DNA of 64,000 nt from the human T2T-CHM13v2.0 reference genome, Homo sapiens. Shown one piece after another: positions 50,070 through 62,000 of the stretch. The stretch lies in assembly GCF_009914755.1 (NCBI RefSeq), contig NC_060941.1. One strand, 5' to 3'. The notes beneath the pieces were generated by a model. It was not told where the DNA came from, ran no database searches, and saw only the letters and a program-made list of their open reading frames with translations. Position numbers and translations under genes: made by a program. The number at the start of each line of letters is the position of its first letter. Position 1 is the stretch's first letter.

Positions 50070-53000
50070 GAATTCGTTGCAAACGGGATAATTTCAGCTA
50101 AGTAAACAGAAGCAGTCTCAGAATCTTCTTGTGATGTTTGCATTCAAATCCCAGAATTGAACCTTCCTTTGAAAGTTCAGGTTGGAAACACTCTTTTTGC
50201 AGGATCTACAAGTGGATATTCGGACCACTCTGTGGACTTCGTTCGAAACGGGTATATCTTCACATAACATCTAGACAGAAGCATTCTCAGAAACTTTTCT
50301 GTGATGACTGCATTCAACTCACAGAGTTGAACACTCCTTTTGAGAGTGCAGTTTTGAAACTCTCTTTCTCTGGAATCTGCAAGGGGACATGCAGAGCTCT
50401 TTGAAGGTTTCGTTGGAAACGGAATCATCTTCACATAAAAATTACACAGAAGCATCCTCAGGAACTCCTTGGTGATGTTTGTATTCAACTTCCAGAGTTG
50501 AACTTTTCTTCGGAAAGAGCAGCTATGAAACACTCTTTTTCTAGAATCTGCAAGTGGACATTGGGAGGGCTGTGAGGTTTGTGGTGGAAAAGGAAATATC
50601 TCCACATAAATACTAGATAGAAGCCTTCTCAGAAACTCCTTTGTGATGATTGCATTCACCTCACGGAGTGGAGCATTCCTATTGACAGAGCAGTTTGGAA
50701 ACACTCTTGTTGTAGAATCTCCTAGTGGAGATTTGGAGCGCTTTGGCCTATGGTAGTAAAGGGAAGAGCTTCACATAAAATCTTGAAAGAAGCATTCTCA
50801 GAAAATACTTTGTGATGATTGAGTTTAACACACAGAGCTGAACATTCCTTTGGATGGAGAATGTTTGAAACACACTTTCTGTAGAATCTGCGAGTGGATA
50901 TTTGGACCTCTCTGAGGATTTCGTTGGAAACGGGATAACTGCACCTAACTAAACGGAAGCATTCTCACAAAATTCTTTGTGATGTTTGCATTCAAATCCC
51001 AGAGTTGAACCTTCCTTTGATAGTTCAGCTTTGAAACAGTCTTTTTGTAGGATCTGCAGGTGGATATTTGGACCACTCTTTGGCCTTCGTTCGAAACGGG
51101 TACATCTTCAAATAAAATCTAGACAGAAGCCTTCTCAGAAACTTCTCTGTGACGATTGCATTCAACTCAAAGAGTTGAACCCTCCTATGGATAGAGCAGT
51201 TTTGAATCTCTCTTTTTGTGGAATCTGCAAGTGGATATGTGGTCCTCTTTGAAGATGTCTTTGGAAACGGGAATATCTTCACATAAAAACTAAACAGAAG
51301 CATTCTCAGAAACTTCTCTGTGATGTTTGTGTTCAACTCACAGAGTTTCACGTTGCTTTTCATAGAGCAGATGAGAAACATGCTTTTCGTAAGGTCTGCA
51401 AGTGGACATTTGGAGAGATTTCAGGCCTGTGGTGGAAAACGAATTATCGTCACGTAAAAACTAGAGAGAAGCATTGTCAGAAACTTGTTTGTGATGACTG
51501 CATTCAACTCACAGAGTTGAAGGTTCCTTTTCAAACAGCAGTTTCCAAACACTCTTTCTGTGGCATCTGCAAGTGGATGTTTGGGCCTCTTTGAAGATTT
51601 CGTTGGAAACGGGATAATCTTCACAGAAAAGCTAAACAGAAGCATTCTCAGAAACTTCTTTGTGATGTTTGCTTTCAACTCACAGAGTTGAACTTTCCTT
51701 TTGAGAGAGAAGCTTTGAAACACTCTTTTTCTACCATCTGCAAGTGCATATTTGGAGGGCTTTGAGGCCTGTGGTGGAAAAGGAATTATCTTCCCGTAAG
51801 AACTAGATAGATGCATTCTCAGAAACTACTTTGTGACGATTGCATTCAAGTCACAGAGGTGAACATTCCCTTTCAGAGAGCACTTTGGAAACTCTCGTTG
51901 TGTAGAATCTGCAAGTGGAGATATGGACCGCTTTTGGCCTATGGTAGTAAAGGAAACAGCTTCATATAAAAACTAGACAGCAGCATTCTCAGAAAACTCT
52001 TTGTGACGACTGAGTTTAACTCACAGGGCTGAACATTCCTTTGGATGGAGCAGTTTGGAAACACACTATCTGTAGGATCTGCAAGCGGATACTTGGGCCT
52101 CTCTGAGGATGTCGTTGGAAACGGAATAAACCGCACAGAACTAAACAGAAGCATTCTCAGAACCTTCTTCGTGATGTTTGCATTCAACCCACAGTGTTGA
52201 ACCTTTCTTTGATAGTTCAGGTTTGAAACACTCTTTTTGTAGAAACTGCAAGTGGATAACTGCACTTCTTTGAGGCCTATCGTAGTAAAGGAAATAACTT
52301 CCTATAAAAACAAGACAGAAGCTTTCTCAGAAAATTCTCTGGGATGATTGAGTTGAACTCACAGAGCACTACTTTCCTTGGGATGGAGTAGTTTCGAAAC
52401 ACACTTTCTGTAGAATCTGCAAGTGGATATTTGGACCTGTCTGAGGAATTCGTTGCAAACGGGATAATTTCAGCTAAGTAAACAGAAGCAGTCTCAGAAT
52501 CTTCTTGTGATGTTTGCATTCAAATCCCAGAATTGAACCTTCCTTTGAAAGTTCAGGTTGGAAACACTCTTTTTGCAGGATCTACAAGTGGATATTCGGA
52601 CCACTCTGTGGACTTCGTTCGAAACGGGTATATCTTCACATAACATCTAGACAGAAGCATTCTCAGAAACTTTTCTGTGATGACTGCATTCAACTCACAG
52701 AGTTGAACACTCCTTTTGAGAGCGCAGTTTTGAAACTCTCTTTCTCTGGAATCTGCAAGGGGACATGCAGACCTCTTTAAAGGTTTCGTTGGAAACGGAA
52801 TCATCTTCACATAAAAATTACACAGAAGCATCCTCAGGAACTCCTTGGTGATGTTTGTATTCAACTTCCAGAGTTGAACTTTCCTTCGGAAAGAGCAGCT
52901 ATGAAACACTCTTTTTCTAGAATCTGCAAGTGGACATTGGGAGGGCTGTGAGGTTTGTGGTGGAAAAGGAAATATCTCCACATAAATACTAGATAGAAGC

Positions 53001-56000
53001 CTTCTCAGAAACTCCTTTGTGATGATTGCATTCACCTCACGGAGTGGAGCATTCCTATTGACAGAGCAGTTTGGAAACACTCTTGTTTTAGAATCTGCTA
53101 GTGGAGATTTGGAGCGCTTTGAGGCCTATGGTAGTAAAGGGAAGAGCTTCACATAAAATCTAGACAGAAGCATTCTCAGAAAATACTTTGTGATGATTGA
53201 GTTTAACACACAGAGCTGAACATTCCTTTGGATGGAGAAGGTTTGAAACACACTTTCTGTAGAATCTGCGAGTGGATATTTGGACCTCTCTGAGGATTTC
53301 GTTGGAAACGGGATAACTGCACCTAACAAAACGGAAGCATTCTCACAAAATTCCTTGTGATGTTTGCATTCAAATCCCAGAGTTGAACCTTCCTTTGATA
53401 GTTCAGCTTTGAAACACTCTTTTTGTAGGATCTGCTGGTGGATATTTGGACCACTCTTTGGCCTTCGTTCGAAACGGGTACATCTTCAAATAAAATCTAG
53501 ACAGAAGCCTTCTCAGAAACTTCTCTGTGACGATTGCATTCAACTCAATGCGTTGAACCCTCCTATGGATAGAGCAGTTTTGAATCTCTCTTTTTGTGGA
53601 ATCTGCAAGTGGATATGTGGTCCTCTTTGAAGATGTCTTTGGAAACGGGAATATCTTCACATAAAAACTAAACAGAAGCATTCTCAGAAACTTCTCTGTG
53701 ATGTTTGTGTTCAACTCACAGAGTTTCACGTTGCTTTTCATAGAGCAGATGAGAAACATGCTTTTCGTAGGGTCTGCAAGTGGACATTTGGAGAGATTTC
53801 AGCCCTGTGGTGGAAAACGAATTATCGTCACGTAAAAACTAGAGAGAAGCATTGTCAGAAACTTGTTTGTGATGACTGCATTCAACTCACAGAGTTGAAG
53901 GTTCCTTTTCAAACAGCAGTTTCCAAACACTCTTTCTGTGGCATCTGCAAGTGGATGTTTGGGCCTCTTTGAAGATTTCGTTGGAAACGGGATAATCTTC
54001 ACAGAAAAGCTAAACAGAAGCATTCTCAGAAACTTCTTTGTGATGTTTGCTTTCAACTCACAGAGTTGAACTTTCCTTTTGAGAGAGAAGCTTTGAAACA
54101 CTCTTTTTCTAGAATCTGCAAGTGGATATTTGGAGGGCTTTGAGGCCTGTGGTGGAAAAGGAATTATCTTCCCGTAAGAACTAGATAGATGCATTCTCAG
54201 AAACTACTTTGTGACGATTGCATTCAAGTCACAGAGGTGAACATTCCCTTTCAGAGAGCACTTTGGAAACTCTCGTTGTGTAGAATCTGCAAGTGGAGAT
54301 ATGGACCGCTTTGAGGCCTATGGTAGTAAAGGAAACAGCTTCATATAAAAACTAGACAGCAGCATTCTCAGAAAACTCTTTGTGACGACTGAGTTTAACT
54401 CACAGGGCTGAACATTCCTTTGGATGGAGCAGTTTGGAAACACACTATCTGTAGGATCTGCAAGCGGATACTTGGGCCTCTCTGAGGATTTCGTTGGAAA
54501 CGGAATAAACCGCACAGAACTAAACAGAAGCATTCTCAGAACCTTCTTCGTGATGTTTGCATTCAACCCACAGTGTTGAACCTTTCTTTGATAGTTCAGG
54601 TTTGAAACACTCTTTTTGTAGAAACTGCAGGTGGATAACTGCACTTCTTTGAGGCCTATCGTAGTAAAGGAAATAACTTCCTATAAAAACAAGACAGAAG
54701 CTTTCTCAGAAAATTCTCTGGGATGATTGAGTTGAACTCACAGAGCAGTACTTTCCTTGGGATGGAGTAGTTTCGAAACACACTTTCTGTAGAATCTGCA
54801 AGTGGATATTTGGACCTGTCTGAGGAATTCGTTGCAAACGGGATAATTTCAGCTAAGTAAACAGAAGCAGTCTCAGAATCTTCTTGTGATGTTTGCATTC
54901 AAATCCCAGAATGAAACCTTCCTTTGAAAGTTCAGGTTGGAAACACTCTTTTTGCAGGATCTACAAGTGGATATTCGGACCACTCTGTGGACTTCGTTCG
55001 AAACGGGTATATCTTCACATAACATCTAGACAGAAGCATTCTCAGAAACTTTTCTGTGATGACTGCATTCAACTCACAGAGTTGAACACTCCTTTTGAGA
55101 GCGCAGTTTGGAAACTCTCTTTCTCTGGAATCTGCAAGGGGACATGCAGACCTCTTTGAAGGTTTCGTTGGAAACGGAATCATCTTCACATAAAAATTAC
55201 ACAGAAGCATCCTCAGGAACTCCTTGGTGATGTTTGTATTCAACTTCCAGAGTTGAACTTTCCTTCGGAAAGAGCAGCTATGAAACACTCTTTTTCTAGA
55301 ATCTGCAAGTGGACATTGGGAGGGCTGTGAGGTTTGTGGTGGAAAAGGAAATATCTCCACATAAATACTAGATAGAAGCCTTCTCAGAAACTACTTTGTG
55401 ATGATTGCATTCACCTCACGGAGTGGAGCATTCCTATTGACAGAGCAGTTTGGAAACACTCTTGTTGTAGAATCTGCTAGTGGAGATTTGGAGCGCTTTG
55501 AGGCCTATGGTAGTAAAGGGAAGAGCTTCACATAAAATCTAGACAGAAGCATTCTCAGAAAATACTTTGTGATGATTGAGTTTAACACACAGAGCTGAAC
55601 ATTCCTTTGGATGGAGAAGGTTTGAAACACACTTTCTATAGAATCTGCGAGTGGATATTTGGACCTCTCTGAGGATTTCGTTGGAAACGGGATAACTGCA
55701 CCTAACTAAACGGAAGCATTCTCACAAAATTCTTTGTGATGTTTGCATTCAAATCCCAGAGTTGAACCTTCCTTTGATAGTTCAGCTTTGAAACACTCTT
55801 TTTGTAGGATCTGCAGGTGGATATTTGGACCACTCTTTGGCCTTCGTTCGAAACGGGTACATCTTCAAATAAAATCTAGACAGAAGCCTTCTCAGTAACT
55901 TCTCTGTGACGATTGCATTCAACTCAAAGCGTTGAACCCTCCTATGGATAGAGCAGTTTTGAATCTCTCTTTTTGTGGAATCTTCAAGTGGATGTGTGGT

Positions 56001-59000
56001 CCTCTTTGAAGATGTCTTTGGAAACGGGAATATCTTCACAGAAAAACTAAACAGAAGCATTCTCAGAAACTTCTCTGTGATGTTTGTGTTCAACTCACAG
56101 AGTTTCACGTTGCTTTTCATAGAGCAGATGAGAAACATGCTTTTCGTAGGGTCTGCAAGTGGACATTTGGAGAGATTTCAGCCCTGTGGTGGAAAACGAA
56201 TTATCGTCACGTAAAAACTAGAGAGAAGCATTGTCAGAAACTTGTTTGTGATGACTGCATTCAACTCACAGAGTTGAAGGTTCCTTTTCAAACAGCAGTT
56301 TCCAAACACTCTTTCTGTGGCATCTGCAAGTGGATGTTTGGGCCTCTTTGAAGATTTCGTTGGAAACGGGATAATCTTCACAGAAAAGCTAAACAGAAGC
56401 ATTCTCAGAAACTTCTTTGTGATGTTTGCTTTCAACTCACAGAGTTGAACTTTCCTTTTGAGAGAGAAGCTTTGAAACACTCTTTTTCTAGAATCTGCAA
56501 GTGGATATTTGGAGGGCTTTGAGGCCTGTGGTGGAAAAGGAATTATCTTCCCGTAAGAACTAGATAGATGCATTCTCAGAAACTACTTTGTGACGATTGC
56601 ATTCAAGTCACAGAGGTGAACATTCCCTTTCAGAGAGCACTTTGGAAACTCTCGTTGTGTAGAATCTGCAAGTGGAGATATGGACCGCTTTGAGGCCTAT
56701 GGTAGTAAAGGAAACAGCTTCATATAAAAACTAGACAGCAGCATTCTCAGAAAACTCTTTGTGACGACTGAGTTTAACTCACAGGGCTGAACATTCCTTT
56801 GGATGGAGCAGTTTGGAAACACACTATCTGTAGGATCTGCAAGCGGATACTTGGGCCTCTCTGAGGATTGCGTTGGAAACGGAATAAACCGCACAGAACT
56901 AAACAGAAGCATTCTCAGAACCTTCTTCGTGATGTTTGCATTCAACCCACAGTGTTGAACCTTTCTTTGATAGTTCAGGTTTGAAACACTCTTTTTGTAG
57001 AAACTGCAGGTGGATAACTGCACTTCTTTGAGGCCTATCGTAGTAAAGGAAATAACTTCCTATAAAAACAAGACAGAAGCTTTCTCAGAAAATTCTCTGG
57101 GATGATTGAGTTGAACTCACAGAGCAGTACTTTCCTTGGGATGGAGTAGTTTCGAAACACACTTTCTGTAGAATCTGCAAGTGGATATTTGGACCTGTCT
57201 GAGGAATTCGTTGCAAACGGGATAATTTCAGCTAAGTAAACAGAAGCAGTCTCAGAATCTTCTTGTGATGTTTGCATTCAAATCCCAGAATGGAACCTTC
57301 CTTTGAAAGTTCAGGTTGGAAACACTCTTTTTGCAGGATCTACAAGTGGATATTCGGACCACTCTGTGGACTTCGTTCGAAACGGGTATATCTTCACATA
57401 ACATCTAGACAGAAGCATTCTCAGAAACTTTTCTGTGATGACTGCATTCAACTCACAGAGTTGAACACTCCTTTTGAGAGCGCAGTTTGGAAACTCTCTT
57501 TCTCTGGAATCTGCAAGGGGACATGCAGACCTCTTTGAAGGTTTCGTTGGAAACGGAATCATCTTCACATAAAAATTACACAGAAGCATCCTCAGGAACT
57601 CCTTGGTGATGTTTGTATTCAACTTCCAGAGTTGAACTTTCCTTCGGAAAGAGCAGCTATGAAACACTCTTTTTCTAGAATCTGCAAGTGGACATTGGGA
57701 GGGCTGTGAGGTTTGTGGTGGAAAAGGAAATATCTCCACATAAATACTAGATAGAAGCCTTCTCAGAAACTACTTTGTGATGATTGCATTCACCTCACGG
57801 AGTGGAGCATTCCTATTGACAGAGCAGTTTGGAAACACTCTTGTTGTAGAATCTGCTAGTGGAGATTTGGAGCGCTTTGAGGCCTATGGTAGTAAAGGGA
57901 AGAGCTTCACATAAAATCTAGACAGAAGCATTCTCAGAAAATACTTTGTGATGATTGAGTTTAACACACAGATCTGAACATTCCTTTGGATGGAGAAGGT
58001 TTGAAACACACTTTCTATAGAATCTGCGAGTGGATATTTGGACCTCTCTGAGGATTTCGTTGGAAACGGGATAACTGCACCTAACTAAACGGAAGCATTC
58101 TCACAAAATTCTTTGTGATGTTTGCATTCAAATCCCAGAGTTGAACCTTCCTTTGATAGTTCAGCTTTGAAACACTCTTTTTGTAGGATCTGCAGGTGGA
58201 TATTTGGACCACTCTTTGGCCTTCGTTCGAAACGGGTACATCTTCAAATAAAATCTAGACAGAAGCCTTCTCAGTAACTTCTCTGTGACGATTGCATTCA
58301 ACTCAAAGCGTTGAACCCTCCTATGGATAGAGCAGTTTTGAATCTCTCTTTTTGTGGAATCTTCAAGTGGATGTGTGGTCCTCTTTGAAGATGTCTTTGG
58401 AAACGGGAATATCTTCACAGAAATACTAAACAGAAGCATTCTCAGAAACTTCTCTGTGATGTTTGTGTTCAACTCACAGAGTTTCACCTTGCTTTTCATA
58501 GAGCAGATGAGAAACATGCTTTTCGTAGTGTCTGCAAGTGGACATTTGGAGAGCTTTCAGGCCTGTGGTGGAAAACGAATTATCGTCACGTAAAAACTAG
58601 AGAGAAGCATTGTCAGAAACTTGTTTGTGATGACTGCATTCAACTCACAGAGTTGAAGGTTCCTTTTCAAACAGCAGTTTCCAAACACTCTTTCTGTGGC
58701 ATCTGCAAGTGGATGTTTGGGCCTCTTTGAAGATTTCGTTGGAAACGGGATAATCTTCACAGAAAAGCTAAACAGAAGCATTCTCAGAAACTTCTTTGTG
58801 ATGTTTGCTTTCAACTCACAGAGTTGAACTTTCCTTTTGAGAGAGAAGCTTTGAAACACTCTTTTTCTAGAATCTGCAAGTGGATATTTGGAGGGCTTTG
58901 AGGCCTGTGGTGGAAAAGGAATTATCTTCCCGTAAGAACTAGATAGATGCATTCTCAGAAACTACTTTGTGACGATTGCATTCAAGTCACAGAGGTGAAC

Positions 59001-62000
59001 ATTCCCTTTCAGAGAGCACTTTGGAAACTCTCGTTGTGTAGAATCTGCAAGTGGAGATATGGACCGCTTTGAGGCCTATGGTAGTAAAGGAAACAGCTTC
59101 ATATAAAAACTAGACAGCAGCATTCTCAGAAAACTCTTTGTGACGACTGAGTTTAACTCACAGGGCTGAACATTCCTTTGGATGGAGCAGTTTGGAAACA
59201 CACTATCTGTAGGATCTGCAAGCGGATACTTGGGCCTCTCTGAGGATTTCGTTGGAAACGGAATAAACCGCACAGAACTAAACAGAAGCATTCTCAGAAC
59301 CTTCTTCGTGATGTTTGCATTCAACCCACAGTGTTGAACCTTTCTTTGATAGTTCAGGTTTGAAACACTCTTTTTGTAGAAACTGCAAGTGGATAACTGC
59401 ACTTCTTTGAGGCCTATCGTAGTAAAGGAAATAACTTCCTATAAAAACAAGACAGAAGCTTTCTCAGAAAATTCTCTGGGATGATTGAGTTGAACTCACA
59501 GAGCAGTACTTTCCTTGGGATGGAGTAGTTTCGAAACACACTTTCTGTAGAATCTGCAAGTGGATATTTGGACCTGTCTGAGGAATTCGTTGCAAACGGG
59601 ATAATTTCAGCTAAGTAAACAGAAGCAGTCTCAGAATCTTCTTGTGATGTTTGCATTCAAATCCCAGAATTGAACCTTCCTTTGAAAGTTCAGGTTGGAA
59701 ACACTCTTTTTGCAGGATCTACAAGTGGATATTCGGACCACTCTGTGGACTTCGTTCGAAACGGGTATATCTTCACATAACATCTAGACAGAAGCATTCT
59801 CAGAAACTTTTCTGTGATGACTGCATTCAACTCACAGAGTTGAACACTCCTTTTGAGAGTGCAGTTTTGAAACTCTCTTTCTCTGGAATCTGCAAGGGGA
59901 CATGCAGAGCTCTTTGAAGGTTTCGTTGGAAACGGAATCATCTTCACATAAAAATTACACAGAAGCATCCTCAGGAACTCCTTGGTGATGTTTGTATTCA
60001 ACTTCCAGAGTTGAACTTTTCTTCGGAAAGAGCAGCTATGAAACACTCTTTTTCTAGAATCTGCAAGTGGACATTGGGAGGGCTGTGAGGTTTGTGGTGG
60101 AAAAGGAAATATCTCCACATAAATACTAGATAGAAGCCTTCTCAGAAACTCCTTTGTGATGATTGCATTCACCTCACGGAGTGGAGCATTCCTATTGACA
60201 GAGCAGTTTGGAAACACTCTTGTTGTAGAATCTCCTAGTGGAGATTTGGAGCGCTTTGGCCTATGGTAGTAAAGGGAAGAGCTTCACATAAAATCTTGAA
60301 AGAAGCATTCTCAGAAAATACTTTGTGATGATTGAGTTTAACACACAGAGCTGAACATTCCTTTGGATGGAGAATGTTTGAAACACACTTTCTGTAGAAT
60401 CTGCGAGTGGATATTTGGACCTCTCTGAGGATTTCGTTGGAAACGGGATAACTGCACCTAACTAAACGGAAGCATTCTCACAAAATTCTTTGTGATGTTT
60501 GCATTCAAATCCCAGAGTTGAACCTTCCTTTGATAGTTCAGCTTTGAAACAGTCTTTTTGTAGGATCTGCAGGTGGATATTTGGACCACTCTTTGGCCTT
60601 CGTTCGAAACGGGTACATCTTCAAATAAAATCTAGACAGAAGCCTTCTCAGAAACTTCTCTGTGACGATTGCATTCAACTCAAAGAGTTGAACCCTCCTA
60701 TGGATAGAGCAGTTTTGAATCTCTCTTTTTGTGGAATCTGCAAGTGGATATGTGGTCCTCTTTGAAGATGTCTTTGGAAACGGGAATATCTTCACATAAA
60801 AACTAAACAGAAGCATTCTCAGAAACTTCTCTGTGATGTTTGTGTTCAACTCACAGAGTTTCACGTTGCTTTTCATAGAGCAGATGAGAAACATGCTTTT
60901 CGTAAGGTCTGCAAGTGGACATTTGGAGAGATTTCAGGCCTGTGGTGGAAAACGAATTATCGTCACGTAAAAACTAGAGAGAAGCATTGTCAGAAACTTG
61001 TTTGTGATGACTGCATTCAACTCACAGAGTTGAAGGTTCCTTTTCAAACAGCAGTTTCCAAACACTCTTTCTGTGGCATCTGCAAGTGGATGTTTGGGCC
61101 TCTTTGAAGATTTCGTTGGAAACGGGATAATCTTCACAGAAAAGCTAAACAGAAGCATTCTCAGAAACTTCTTTGTGATGTTTGCTTTCAACTCACAGAG
61201 TTGAACTTTCCTTTTGAGAGAGAAGCTTTGAAACACTCTTTTTCTACCATCTGCAAGTGCATATTTGGAGGGCTTTGAGGCCTGTGGTGGAAAAGGAATT
61301 ATCTTCCCGTAAGAACTAGATAGATGCATTCTCAGAAACTACTTTGTGACGATTGCATTCAAGTCACAGAGGTGAACATTCCCTTTCAGAGAGCACTTTG
61401 GAAACTCTCGTTGTGTAGAATCTGCAAGTGGAGATATGGACCGCTTTTGGCCTATGGTAGTAAAGGAAACAGCTTCATATAAAAACTAGACAGCAGCATT
61501 CTCAGAAAACTCTTTGTGACGACTGAGTTTAACTCACAGGGCTGAACATTCCTTTGGATGGAGCAGTTTGGAAACACACTATCTGTAGGATCTGCAAGCG
61601 GATACTTGGGCCTCTCTGAGGATGTCGTTGGAAACGGAATAAACCGCACAGAACTAAACAGAAGCATTCTCAGAACCTTCTTCGTGATGTTTGCATTCAA
61701 CCCACAGTGTTGAACCTTTCTTTGATAGTTCAGGTTTGAAACACTCTTTTTGTAGAAACTGCAAGTGGATAACTGCACTTCTTTGAGGCCTATCGTAGTA
61801 AAGGAAATAACTTCCTATAAAAACAAGACAGAAGCTTTCTCAGAAAATTCTCTGGGATGATTGAGTTGAACTCACAGAGCACTACTTTCCTTGGGATGGA
61901 GTAGTTTCGAAACACACTTTCTGTAGAATCTGCAAGTGGATATTTGGACCTGTCTGAGGAATTCGTTGCAAACGGGATAATTTCAGCTAAGTAAACAGAA

